Origin: Eledone cirrhosa
Lineage: Eukaryota
Direction: 5' to 3'
Length of the DNA: 64,000 nucleotides
Assembly: GCA_964016885.1 (NCBI GenBank)
Contig: OZ024747.1
Location: 49,476,001 to 49,540,000 of the forward strand
The notes under the pieces were generated by a model that saw only the letters and a list, made by a program, of their open reading frames with translations, did not search any database and had not been told where the DNA came from. The stretch's first letter is position 1. Every line of letters starts with the position of its first letter. The position numbers and the translations under genes were made by a program. Positions 24,262 to 37,304 of this stretch are shown one piece after another.

Positions 24262-26492
24262 CACTACGAAAGGCTACTAAACAAGGAGAATAATTGGGAG
24301 AAAGACAGTCTCCCCCACATCGACCCAATAGAGGGACCAGCAGTGCAAGTTGAAGGTAGTATAATAAGTAAGGCGATCAAAGACATGAAGACAGGCAAGG
24401 CGGCCGGGCCTTCGGAAATAGTTGCCGAAATGCTGAAAGCATCTGGAACGGTGGGACACACTATGGTCACCCGGATAGTAAACCAAGTCATACAGAATGG
24501 GGTCGTTCCGAAGGACTGGCGCAGCAGCATCATCATTAACAGCTACAAGGGTAAAGGTGATGCCCTAGATAGGGGAAACTATAGAGGCATTAAATTAATT
24601 AACCAGGTCATGAAGGTCACAGAAAAAGTAATACCGCAACTAATCAGAGAGCGAATTGATCTAGACGAAATGCAGTTTGGGTTTGTGTCAGGTAGAAGTA
24701 CAACAGATGCTCTTTTATTTGTACGACAACTACAGGAGAAGTACCTAGCTAAAAGTAAATCCCTATACTTAGCTTTTGTTGACTTGGAGAAAGCCTTTGA
24801 CAGAGTACCCCGCTCGATTATCTGGTGGGCCCTTAGAAAACTAGGTGTTGATGAATGGCTTGTGAGAGCTATACAAGCCATGTATAAAGAAACAGTCAGC
24901 AAGGTTAGAATTAACAACGAATATAGTGAAGAGTTTAGCGTAAAAGTTGGTGTGCATCAGGGCTCCGTCCTTAGCCCCCTACTATTTATTATTGCCCTTC
25001 AGGCTATAACAGAGGAGTTCAAGACCGGCTGCCCATGGGAACTCCTATATGCAGATGATCTAACGCTCATAGCTGAACTAGAGAAGAAATTCCAAACATG
25101 GAAGCACGGCCTAGAATCAAAAGGCCTTAAAGTTAACTTGTCTAAGACTAAAGTTCTAGTTTGTAGGAAGGAAAATAGGGCACCGGCCCCATCTGGGAAA
25201 TGGCCATGCTCAGTGTGTAGGAAAAGAGTAGGTAGAAACTCCATTTTATGTCCCAAATGCAAAGTATGGGTACATAAAAGATATAGTGGGATCACAGGTA
25301 AGCTAACTAAGAATATAGATTTTATATGTGGCCGGTGCTCTGGTGCAATAAGTAGCAGCAAGTGCCCACAGAATACTAACTCATTCCATTGCACAGATGG
25401 TTCTATAGAAATAGTGGACAGCTTCCGTTCCCTGGGTGACAAAATCAACAGTGGGGGAGGGTGCTCTGAAAGTACATAGCTAGAGTCAGAACGGGATGGA
25501 AAAAGTTCAGAGAGCTTATACCACTATTGGCCGCTAAAGGGTTCTCTCTAAAAATGAAAGGCAGGCTGTATGATGCCTGCATACGAACAGCAATGTTACA
25601 TGGCAGTGAGACCTGGGCATTGTGTGCAGAGGATATACGCAGACTGGAGAGAAACGAAGCTTGCATGCTCCGCTGGATGTATAATGGTAATATATGTAAA
25701 CGGCAAAGCATAAACAAACTAAGGGAGAAATTAGAAATAAGAGGGATCAGATGTTGTTTACTCGAGAGAAGACTACGTTGGTATGGTCACGTGATGCGCA
25801 TGAAAAACGACAGCTGTATAAAAAAGTGCAGGGCAATAAAAATAGACAGTAGCCACGGAGTAGGCAGACCCAGAAAAACCTGGGACGACTTGATAAATTC
25901 CGACCTCACAGACTTACATTGTCTCCAAGACAATGTCACTGGACCGAGATCTTTGGCACTACACAGTAATAGAGAAGACCCGCCTTACCTAAGTGCAAAG
26001 TGAAACCTACTACAGTCAGTAGGCACCTCTAACAAAATACACCCCCGTCAAACTACCCCCACCCCATCCACACCACCCCTCTCAATGTAAAGTTATGTTG
26101 GTGCCACAACATCCAGGCCGAAACAAACGAGGTCGTGTAGGTGTCACGACAAAAAGAAAACACAGTCCACGCTGTAATGTGGCCGTGTAGGTAACACGGT
26201 AAAAACCTCCCAGCCCCACACTGTAAATGTGGTTGGTGTTAGGAAGGGCATCCAGCTGTAGAAAACCTGCCAGACAGTCCACGCTGTAATGTGGCCGTGT
26301 AGGCAACACGGTAAAAACCTCCCAGCCCCACACTGTAAATGTGGTTGGTGTTAGGAAGGGCATCCAACTGTAGAAAACCCGCCAGACAGTCCTATGCGAG
26401 CAAAGCAACCACTCTTGCCTCAAGTGGGAAAACTCCCGTCCAAACCCATGCGAGTGTGGAATATGGACGTTAAACGATGATGATGATGATGA
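24262..26492 (+). mobile_element. RTE-clade LINE, 5'-truncated, RT largely open (one frameshift near 25475)
   Basis: GKAAGPS, NYRGIKL, QFGF, AFVDLEKAFDRV, GVHQGSVLSPLLF, LLYADD, Cys-rich finger, C-terminal WYGHV/GRPRK; ~112-bp tandem duplication in the 3' UTR (about 26163-26390); (GAT)n tail. Confidence 0.96.
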
Positions 26493-26645
26493 TATATGTA
26501 TAATATACACCACAGAAATATAGCAATTCTTCCTTTCTTTCTCTTACTCTCCAATACAGTGTGAAGAAGAGCCAAATCAATATTTTTCATTCAACTTTCT
26601 ACACTCTCCTCCATTACAAAAGAAAGCTAAGAACACCATTAATAT

Positions 26646-27840
26646 TTGTTTCTACGTTTGGCACAAGGCTAGCAAATACCCAGTGCATTACTGGTACTTT
26701 ATTTTATCGAGCCCGTAAGGATGAAAGGCAAAGTTAACCTCGACGGGATTTGAACACCATTAATAATGACACCAACTAGAAATACAATAAAATACATAAA
26801 TGTCTTTCTACAGTTGGATTCACTGTTACACAGATTTAAGTCACCTGATCAACATTTTGCAGTTTTGTTTCTATATTTTAAATAGCATTGTATTTTAATA
26901 CAGAAAGAAAGAAGAAAAAAGATCAAAAATATATGCTTGCTGACATTTTCATAAAGAATTCTAGTGAAAAATGTTAGTGTTTTAAACTGCTATTATGGCC
27001 AGTTCAACAAATGTCTAGTTATTTAATATAATAATGGTTTCTACTTTAGGCACAAGGCCAACAATTTGGGAGAAGATGGGGAAAGTCGATTAAATCAACC
27101 CTGGTACATTATTGGTACTTTATTTTATTGACCTCGTAAAGATGAAAGGCAAAGTTAACCTTGTTGGGATTTGATCATGGAATGTAAAGAGACGCAACAT
27201 ATGCTGCAAAGCATGTTGTCTGCCAATCCAGCAATTTGGGGGAAGAAAAAGCCAATGATTAAATCAACCCTAATACTGGACTGTTACTTTATTTTAGCAA
27301 CTTTGGTGTGATTTGGACTCAGAATGTGAAGAACTGGAAAAATACTTGTTTCTACTTTAGGCACAAGGCCAGCAATTACCCAGTGCATTACTGGTACTTT
27401 ATTTTATCGACCCCGTAAGGATGAAAGGCAAAGTCAACCTCGGCGGGATTTGAACTCAGATCGTAAAGAACTGGAAAAATACTGCTAAGCATTTATCTAA
27501 TATGATGCTAATTCCTTTTATTGGCCAGAAAAGTCCAAGACATTGGAGATAGAACAAAAAACAACACAGATTAGAGTGTACAGCAAGGAGATATCAGTGA
27601 AAACAGTTGATATTAATAGAAATTGCATAATAATAATAATTGTTTCTACTTTAGGCACAAGGCCAGCAATTTGAAAGGGAGGGGAAAGTCGATTAAATCA
27701 ACCCCAGTGCGTTATTTTATCGGCCCTGTAAGGATGAAAGGCAAAGCTAACCTAAGTGAGATCTGAACTCAGAATGTAAAGGGATGTAATGTAACTATAT
27801 GTCGCAAACATGTTGTCTGACGCTCTACTGATTCTGCCAG
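26646..27840 (-). mobile_element. Cluster of at least four co-oriented SINE-like family B copies or fragments
   Basis: Repeated tgtttctactttaggcacaaggcc..gatgaaaggcaaagttaacc near 26646, 27035, 27346 and 27641. Confidence 0.75.
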
Positions 27841-28237
27841 ACCATGACTTTGCTAACATTTCGACAATAGCAAACACAGTGTTTCCTATAGACAGACATA
27901 AAATGCTTGTTAGAGAAATTGTTTTACATGTGCCTGCGTGTGTGTCTGGTCTGCTGCCATGTGACATAATGGCAAGGGCCAGTTGAAATTTATGAGCTTA
28001 TATTAATTTAATATATATCTTCATGTTGGTAGTTGTCAAGTGGTGAAGAAGAAACAGGAAGGAAGGGGGTGGTGGAGAAGATGATGATGATGATGAAGAC
28101 AAAGAAGACAGCAGCAAACAGCTGCCACTGTAGCAGTGATATTGATCAATTCCCTGGGGTAAAAAGGAAAATAAATTAGATTGTATTTAGAAACATTTTG
28201 TGTTTCAAGATGGTAAAGAGAAAACATTCTAATTTGT

Positions 28238-28239
<2 letters not shown>

Positions 28240-28331
<92 letters not shown>
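28240..28331. repeat. (GT)n microsatellite
   Basis: Direct reading. Confidence 0.98.
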
Positions 28332-28333
<2 letters not shown>

Positions 28334-28980
28334 GGGTCGGGTCGTTGGCGACTAAACTGGCAACCCCACCAAGGTTTCTTGGTGAGGAGGGTGGCTTTGG
28401 ACATCCTGCAGGACTAAAAACAAAACCTGTCAAAGGGCAAAGGAGCTCTTAAGAGTCAATGGCCATCCAAAATCACCGGGAGAGATGACCCCTTAGCCTT
28501 TGTCAAGGCAGAATTCTAGGAGAAGGAAAATTCTGATATAACACCTGCAACCCTGATGGTATCCAATGATGTTGACTTGTTCTTCTTTTTGGTAAATATC
28601 ATCTTGGTTAGAGTGGGACTGGCTTTGTGCAGTGCCTTTGCTCACTATAAAAGCTTCACGGCACAGGCATTGCTTTATATCTGAAGATCTCTCTGCACTT
28701 GTCGTCACATGGTACCAAGGGCCCAGCACTATGTGTCAGTAATTGTCACAAGTGTAGTGTTTGTACCAGAGTTTTCAAGTCGCTGGCTGGACTAAAAAGT
28801 CACACTCGTTCAGCGCTTCGGTAGGGGTTCTCCTACATGGATATAAAGTAGTGGCCGTACTCGAAAACGAGTTGGCAGCCACCACCATGTATGTATGTAT
28901 GTATGTATGTATGTAACATGTATCCCAGTACAACCTGTCTCGTGGTCGGGTCGTTGGCGAAAACGAGTTGGCAGCCACCA
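28332..28980 (+). mobile_element. Short LINE-derived element with a remnant C-terminal zinc knuckle
   Basis: CSVCTRVFKSLAGLKSHTR near 28753-28810; ggtcgggtcgttggcga at both ends; duplicated cgaaaacgagttggcagccacca tails. Confidence 0.45.
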
Positions 28981-28994
28981 TATATATATATATA

Positions 28995-29300
28995 GAGGCA
29001 CATGGCTTAGTGGCTAGAGCATTGGCCTTGCAATTGAAAGGTTGTGAGTTCAATTCTCAGAGCGGGTGATGTGTTGTTTCCTTGAGCAAGACACTTTATT
29101 TCACAATGTTCCAGTTTACTCAGCTGTAGAAATGAGATGATAGGGACTGGGGTCCCCAGCATTCCACTGCAAAAAAGCACCCAGCACTCACTGTAAATGA
29201 GGTTGGTGTTAGGAAGAGCATCCAGCTGTAGAAATCAAGCCAGAATCAGTTCCCGTCCCACCTTTGCAAGCAGAGAAAAGCAGACGTATGATGATAATGA
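28995..29300 (+). mobile_element. SINE family A with small internal deletion
   Basis: Colinear with 4003-4345. Confidence 0.85.
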
Positions 29301-29307
29301 TATATAT

Positions 29308-30157
29308 ACTAGCTGAGGTACCCAGTAATACCTGGGAGCAGGGGTATTCCCAGTTTCCATTAAAATGCCCAATGCCTCTCAGACCAAAAATGAAATCAAA
29401 ATATAGGACAGATAATCAAAAGCGAAGACAAATTCATTTACGAAACAATAATACAAACAAATATTGTTGATGGCATTGGTCAGGTGAAAAAAAATGTTTG
29501 TCAGAGAAGTTGAGTGTTGCTATAAGGAAAAAAATAGAACCCCCATTAGGGTGTCTTAATATTATTGAAATTTGCTGAAATATTGTGAATAGGCATCATA
29601 TCTTGTCATTTACCTATGGTTTAAATTTCATATAAATCAAAGGGAAAATATTTTCAGCGGGGGTTCACAGCAGGGGTTTTGTGCCCCCGGGGAACCCTTT
29701 GATTAAAATGAAATATACTTATCCAAGTACTCTGGGCAATGTAATTTCAGAATATATATGGTTATGGTGGTCTCTCTCCAAAACCATGGAAGGAGTTTGT
29801 GAAATCCAGAGCACAATGAGCCAGAACAAATACTGAGGCATTTTATGATATGATTAACTGAAAGTTTATGACTCAAAAGTGAGACCACAGCATGGCTGGG
29901 GTCTAATGATTGAAACAAAAGAAAACACCCTCCTTCAACATATATACATATATCCTTTGCTTTTCCCAAGTTTTCAAAAACAAACTTGTAGCAATTTAAG
30001 CTGAAATATTTAAAAGATGATATTGTATATATTCCAACATTTGGGAATAAGCCAAACACTAAAGGTCAGAATGAGCAAACTGACACAAGTTTTGGAAAAA
30101 TAATGGCTTCAGAGAAAAATTCAAACTGGTTATTTCATCTTATTGTTTATTGATAGA
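29308..30157 (-). mobile_element. Possible non-autonomous Helitron
   Basis: Minus strand ends with hairpin CCCAGgtattaCTGGG then CTAG|T; a TC start near 30157 is tentative. Confidence 0.4.
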
Positions 30158-31019
30158 AATCTATGCAGTACAACTATTGTAAACACAACATGATCTAAAT
30201 GGAGAATTCTCTTGTACACACACAATCTCTCTCTCACCCCCACTATATATATTTATCACACATACCCTCTTACACCCTCACAACCTATATATATATATAT
30301 ATGCGCATGACTGAGTGGTTAGAGAATTGGATTTGCAACCATGAGGTTGTGAGTTTGATCCCCAAACCGGGTGATGCTTTATGTTCTTGAACAATACACT
30401 TTATTTCACGTTGCTCCTTCTGCATGGAGTTGCAACCGACAAAGTATTAGCAATTGGAAAGACCAATGGCAAAATTGTTTCCTCGGTCCGATTTTCCTCG
30501 TTAAGCAAATGAGGTCTGGGATCTTGTCGAATGACTACATATATGTCACACACAGCCTCTCACACTATCTCTCTCTCAAGCATTAGTTTTCTGTCTAGTT
30601 GTATCCATGTCTTGTTTCTTGGCAAATATCTTAAAACTGTTCTCATACAAACATGTTGGAGATAAACATTCAAATTATTATTAATTCTTACAGCAGCTAT
30701 TGAGCAATAAGACAGTTAAAATATAAATATACCCCCCACCACACAAAGGGAAGGAGAGATAAGGGTTGGATTTAGTTTAACTAACAGCTTAACTTGTACA
30801 CTTATATACTTTACTGCTATAAACATATGTATAATTAAATAATCCTATATTTCAAAATTATAGCTTAGAAAGAAATCTGAGCTCTTTCTTTATCTTTTCC
30901 AGTATACTTATTAAACCAAAGAAACCCAGCCAAATGATTTGTGTGTGTGTGTATACTTGTTCTATACATTACTTATATATGTGAGGTGCAGTGTGTGTAT
31001 ATATACTTGTCCTATACAT

Positions 31020-31280
31020 TACTTATACATGTGTGTGGTGCAGACATGACCATGTAATTATGGAGTTTGCTTTGAAGCCACGCAGTTTGGTGTTCAGTCC
31101 CTATGTATGGCACCTTAAGAAAGTGTCTTTAACTATAGGCTCAGGCTGACCAATGCCTTGTGAGTGGAATTTGGTAAACAGACACTACAAAAGCCTGTCA
31201 TGTGTGTATGCGCACAATCATGCCCATGTATATATCTTGGAATTTGGTGGCTAAAAAAAATGATTGATGAAATAAGTATT
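31020..31280 (+). mobile_element. SINE-like family C
   Basis: Same head and body as 22290 and 59090; its tail runs into the 86-bp array. Confidence 0.65.
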
Positions 31281-31703
31281 GGGGTTGATATGATTGACTG
31301 AAATCAAGGTGAGGTCCCAAAATTGCCAGTTTAATGACTAATACTAGTAAAATATAAATAATTACTGGGGTTGATATGATTGACTGGAATCAAGGTGAGG
31401 TCCCAACATTGCCAGTTTAATGACTAATACTAGTAAAATATAAATAATTACTGGGGTTGATATGATTGACTGGAATCAAGGTGAGGTCCCAACATTGCCA
31501 GTCTAATGACTAATACTAGTAAAATATAAATAATTACTGGGGTTGATATGATTGACTGGAATCAAGGTGAGGTCCCAACATTGCCAGTTTAATGACTAAT
31601 ACTAGTAAAATATAAATAAGTATTGGGGTTGATATGATTGACTGGAATCAAGGTGAGGTCCCAACATTGCCAGTCTAATGACTAATACCAGTAAAATATA
31701 AAA
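31281..31703. repeat. 86-bp tandem repeat, 5 copies
   Basis: ggggttgatatgattgac starts at 31281, 31367, 31453, 31539 and 31625. Confidence 0.95.
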
Positions 31704-33346
31704 ATAAAATACACACACAACTTGACATAATATATACTGTTGTTCTTCTGAGTCGTGCTATTAGGGTACTCAATCACTCAGTGGGGTTTTAGTTTCATTA
31801 TATACGAGTGCACGGTGTGGCTATGTAGTTAAGAAATTTGAGAGGGGAGAAAAGGAGAGAGTGAGAGACAACAACAAAAGAGTGGACAGGCAAATCTTTA
31901 ACAGAGACTTGAGATCTGGCAGACAATCAGGACAGATAAAGACTGGTGTACAGTATGACACGACAATAACCCTATTATTCCATAAAGAGTTAACAGCCTA
32001 TGATGCAATATAATGTGGTTTCAAGTTCTACTGCACAGCACTTTGAGCAAGTGACTCCGTGTTTCCTACTATAACTTATCAGTGGAATTTGGCAAACAGA
32101 AACTATGTGGATTATGATTAAAGCACATGAGACACAGGTACTCATTGGAGGTTTAGTCTCACCATTCTAAGGGAAATATAGAATGAAGATGGTAAATATA
32201 TCAATATGCTTGTCTTCAATATTCGATTATATTAATTTTTTCGATGATCGATTACATAGATTGATTTTTAGCCACACTCTTTAAGTATGAAATAACGCTA
32301 TAAGGTTTCATTTATGATTCCACCTGTGTACATATTCTTCTATTGAATGTGTATTTCGTATATATACAATATACCATGTTTCTTGCATGATATATGGCTC
32401 TTTCTAGCTATATATTTACACAAATCTTTCCATTTGGTTACTATGGTTCTAGATAAAGTCTATTGAGCTTGCTTATTGAGAAACACAAAATTCTAAATAT
32501 ATTTGATATGTTTTGATTCATTATTTGTGTGTGTCTGTATGTATATAATACAATACTGCTCACAAACTGCAATATGAAACAAAAACACAAATACAGAACT
32601 ATTAAAATTTATCTTGTAACATTTTGCTAACCAAAAGCATGGTTTCAGTGGTAAATGTGTTTGACTCACAATCATGTGGTTTTTATTTTAGCTTCAGGTT
32701 GACCAATGCATTTCAAGTAGAATTTGGTAGGCAGAAACTGTGTGGAAGTCTATCATCTAACTGTAAATGTGTGTTTATATATATATGTGATGTTTGATTA
32801 CAACATGTAACTTAACAGTTTGATAAATAGACTTGAAAAATAAAGTACAGGGGTCAATATGATGAACTAAATACCTTGATGGTAGTGCCCCAGCATGAGA
32901 ATGAAATATTTACAGCTCACACATATGCAGATTTAGCTGGTCTCATACAAGACTGCAAGTAATAAGTGGTTTTTTGGGGGAAATAATAATGATTCTTGTT
33001 CAAGAACATGATATGTTGCCCAGTTTCAGATCTGAACTCACAAGCTTATGATTGTGACTCAAACACCCTAACTATTAGGCTGTGTATGGCCACAGCCTTA
33101 TGGCTGAAACAAAAAAAAAACAAAAACAAACAAACAAGATAAAATAAAACAATGTCAATTTTTCCTATTTCCTTATGTAGAAAACTGACAGAAAAAGATT
33201 AATTTTTTCAAACATTCTTTAAAAAATAATTGTTGCAAGACTTTATGACATTGACAGATTGACTTCTAAAAGTCACTGTGACATCACAGCAGCACATTAT
33301 TTTGGAATAGGATATGTAATATAAAATGTGTATGTGTCTATATAAT

Positions 33347-33407
<61 letters not shown>

Positions 33408-33804
33408 GAAATAAATTGGTTCTTATATATAAATAGTATATATACATATGTGAGAGAGCAAGAGAAATAAATTGGTTCTTAAACTACTATAAAAGCAAAG
33501 TGATATTATATCTGGAGCAGAGGAAGTAAGGAATTTACTATCATCAACTTTAGAATGGCCACAAGTAATTCGGTAATGGGGTGTATGTGGGGGTATCTAT
33601 CTGGAGAGAATAAAAGATGCCTGGCTCACACTTATATACTGATACACAAGGCCCATCTGGAGGAAGAAAAAATATTTTTTTTCTAAATTCACACACGCAC
33701 GCACACACATATAAACATAACTATATCTAACCATAACTATTTATCTACTAAATAAATAAAATATATATTCACCATAACTATTTATATATACAATTAATCT
33801 CTTA

Positions 33805-34030
33805 TCTATATATCTAAAACAGAGAATGTCTGTCTGTCTGACTCCCTAAAACTCGAGAACCACCCAACCGATTGTTTTCAAACTTTACACATGCAATACT
33901 TATGGTCGTGTGAGTGTTTTGAGCAAAAAAATATTTCAAATTTTCAATGCCCTAGGGACCGCATTAGATAGCTATAACGTCGCGCCCTTATAATATGTCT
34001 GTGCTGTCTGCATTACGACATAATGACACT
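33805..34030 (+). mobile_element. Helitron-like 5' end
   Basis: A|TCTATATATCTAAAAC followed by (TGTC)n, typical of non-autonomous Helitron starts; 3' end not found. Confidence 0.5.
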
Positions 34031-34075
34031 ATCTGCGTGTATATGTATATATATAGTGTGTGTGTGTATATATAT

Positions 34076-34288
34076 AATGTGGCCGTGTAGGCAACACGGT
34101 AAAAACCTCCCAGCCCCACACTGTAAATGTGGTTGGTGTTAGGAAGGGCATCCAGCTGTAGAAAACCCGCCAGACAGTCCTATGCGAGCAAGACAACCAC
34201 TCTTGCCTCAAGTGGGAAAACCCCCGTCCAAACCCATGCAAGCGTGAAACAGGGACGTTAAACGATGATGATGATGATGATGATGATG
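34076..34288 (+). mobile_element. RTE LINE 3' UTR fragment
   Basis: Near-identical to 26287-26492; (GAT)n tail. Confidence 0.85.
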
Positions 34289-34926
34289 TGTAACGTTTTT
34301 CAAAATATTTACTTCTGCGTTCACAGATTGATTTTTTTTAGTTTCAGAAGATCCCATTAAGGGTGAAAGCAGCGATTCTTCGCATAAACTTTAATCTGTT
34401 ATTTTAATATATATATATAATTATATATTCGTGTACAGATATTTTTGCATACAGAATAACAAAATATAAACAAACGTATTTATTACACGAGAGCCGATAA
34501 GGATAAATATATATCAAATATATAAGAACCCTAATAATTATTTCATTCTTTCTACACCCTTGCAAATATGTTTTGGACACATATACGTACATTCCTATAA
34601 ATATTCTGTAAGTAGCTTTAAATATTTTTTTCTTAAAATCTTTTCTTCAATTTTTCTTCCAGCTTAATAGTAACCTCTCTTTCCTTTTCTTATTAAAAAA
34701 ATAATTCTAATAATTAGTTAAATATACCTAGCGTCTAAACATAACAGTCTTTTTCAGTTTTAACGTTATCCTCATTAGCATATCCATCTTGAGGTTTGAA
34801 GTTTTGTTCACTATTCGCATAGAACTCACAACATTAAGTTCTTATGTTGTATCTGTAAACCAATTTGTAAACCTGTAAACCTATAAACCTATAAACCTGT
34901 AAACCTATCTGTAAACCAATTTTTGT

Positions 34927-34985
34927 ATTTTATCTGATGAGAGTGTACCAAAATATTGGTACCCTTGAAATATATAAAATAAAAT
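34927..34985 (+). ncRNA. Type I hammerhead-like motif, degenerate at the cleavage site
   Basis: AUUUUAU-CUGAUGA-GAG-u-GUACCAA-aaua-UUGGUAC-c-CUU-GAAA-UAUAUA-AA-AUAAAAU. Confidence 0.55.
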
Positions 34986-35287
34986 AAATATGGTTTTATA
35001 AAGATAGTTTCCATTTATTAATATTATTGATATATATATATATATATAAAATAATTGTTTCTACTTTAGGCACAAGGCCAGCAATTACCCAGTACATTAC
35101 TGGTACTTTATTTTATCGACCCCGTAAGGATGAAAGGCAAAGTTAACCTCTATATATATAAAATAATGATATGATTCCAGTTCCTCAGAGAAATAACAAT
35201 GCAACCAGGAGCTGGACATATCGGAGTATTGACGGAGTAAAACACACTTAAACAACATGTGTACCTGTCTCTACCACACCAATTCCG

Positions 35288-35335
35288 ACTGCCTGAAGAC
35301 GTCAGAGCCAATGATCTATGAATATATATAACAGT
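35288..35335 (+). ncRNA. Degenerate hammerhead-like motif
   Basis: ACUGC-CUGAAGA-cgucAGA..UCUau-GAA-UAUAUA-UA-ACAGU; same helix I and III design as 3726-3778 but eroded. Confidence 0.4.
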
Positions 35336-35647
35336 ATATCTATAATTTATAATAAACGAAGCCAAATTTTACCTATTTGACTTAATTATTTTACATTACT
35401 CCGGAGTAAACAAACCAACCTGTGTACTTTGTCGAGTGCTCCAATCTGCATACTGAGGTGTCGGTAAACAACCAACATATACTAAAAATATATAAATACA
35501 TATATATATATACCATTTATGTTAGGCTGTTTACCAATGGGTAGAACAAGCTGTCCCCGAATAGAATCGGTCCTCTACTTTCTTTTTTCTATCTATCTTC
35601 CATTCTCTTTTTGGGTTCAACATAATCCTGTTATATATTTCTGTAAA

Positions 35648-35724
35648 GAATATCTGATGAAATCGCCTAGTCTTGCATCGTAACCGGATGATAGGGCTGG
35701 GCCATTGATATATGTATAGTGTTT
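35648..35724 (+). ncRNA. Degenerate hammerhead-like motif with long helix II
   Basis: GAAUAU-CUGAUGA-AAU-c-GCCUAGUCUU..AGGGCUGGGC-c-AUU-GAUA-UAUGUA-UA-GUGUUU; GAAA mutated to GAUA. Confidence 0.5.
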
Positions 35725-35739
35725 ACGCAGAATTAAAAT

Positions 35740-36310
35740 TCTAAAGTAAATTTTCAATGAGGTTTCTGGAATTCTGTGATGCAAATGATCTAACAATTTG
35801 CACCAACTTCAGGAAACTGGCTAGCCACCTTATCACCTACCAGTCAGGTGAACACACAAGTCAGATTGACTTTGTACTCGTTAGAAAATGAGATAGGCAG
35901 ATGGTTATAAATGTTAAGATCTTCTCCAGAGAAGAATACACTGCGTTACATAAGTTAGATATTAGAAACATCAGAATAAGTAGAAAACAGAAGAGGAAAT
36001 GCAGGAAAATCTGGAGAAGGAGAGTTTAGAGGCTAAAGGATCTTTCTGTAAAATATAGATTTAGGAAAGCTTTACATAAGGCATATGAGAAAGAAGATGA
36101 GTTAAACCCATGACAGAGGACAATTGGAAGTTCTTACATGATAACCTACTACAAACTACTGAAGAGATTTGTAGCTGGAGCAAAGCACCAGCCAGAACAA
36201 TGCAATGGAGAGAGCCATCAAAGACAAGAGACAGACATGGAAAGACTGAAAAAATGGGGGCAGCAGAGACTAGTACCAGGTAGCTAAAAGAGAGCTTAAA
36301 TGACAGGTAT
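35740..36310 (+). mobile_element. Old RTE LINE fragment (end of the APE endonuclease and linker)
   Basis: LEFCDANDLTICTNFRKLASHLITYQSGEHTSQIDFVL; similar to 54600-55050. Confidence 0.75.
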
Positions 36311-36829
36311 ACACATACAAACAACAGGCTTCCATAGAGTTTCCATCTACCAAATTCACTGACAAAACATTAGTTGGCCCAAGGCTATATGATTGCAAAG
36401 CAAACATCTTAACTACCCAGCCATATCTATGCTTGTTTATATAGCTAATTTACGCTGGAGTAGTTTTTGCAAAACTAGATATTTTCATATAAACAACTGC
36501 ACCAAAAGTTTGTGTAAATATTCTAATTTACATAAATCTATCTCTCCACCCAACACGGAACAAATAAGTGGATAGATGCATAAACATTTAAAATAAAATA
36601 AAATAGAAACACGAGCCTACACTAGCGAGTTATTTGAAGTAAACATTATTTAGAAAGAGAGAGAGAGAGATGTTGCCCCTGATTGTGCCAAAACCATTAG
36701 GGACAAACCAAATTATATTTATGGACCAGTTTAGAACTCTCTAACATAAAAGCAAAAGTATAGCAAGTTGTATTGATTAATGAGTCAAATAGTTTCCTTA
36801 GTCATTCATTTGCTAACTGATGTAAACCA

Positions 36830-36942
36830 CGACCGCCATCACCACTATCACTACCAGCCACTACCATCACCACCACCAACAACTACCACCATCACCACCA
36901 CAAACAACAACTATCACTACCAGTACTAACACCAGCACTACT
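36830..36942. repeat. Imperfect (ACC/ACT)n trinucleotide repeat
   Basis: Direct reading. Confidence 0.85.
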
Positions 36943-37304
36943 AAATTTCAGTTGATAGTGAATGATAGAATCCATTAGAAAGATAGAGTATGTGTGTAAA
37001 AATCAGCTATTCCATTTAGCCATTCTATGTGAGGGTCAACTCATCACCACTGCTGCTGCCACAAGCACCAGCACCACCATCAAGTAGATAGAAGGTGAAT
37101 GAGGTTACTGTCAGTTAATATGGAACATTGGAGAAGTACAGTTTAATGTATTCTCTAAATTGAATACCCTTGCCTGTGAAAGGTGGTGGTGTAGGTGGTA
37201 ATGGTATACGTGGTAGTGGTGGTGGTGTAATGGTGATGGGTTTGAGGAATGAGAGACTAGGAGTAACAAGTATCAGAATGCTATGATATTGTTAATACAG
37301 TAAG

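Noticed and set aside
34404-34592. YVYVSKTY as a GIY-YIG endonuclease remnant
   Set aside because: Too short and low-complexity to call without an HMM search.
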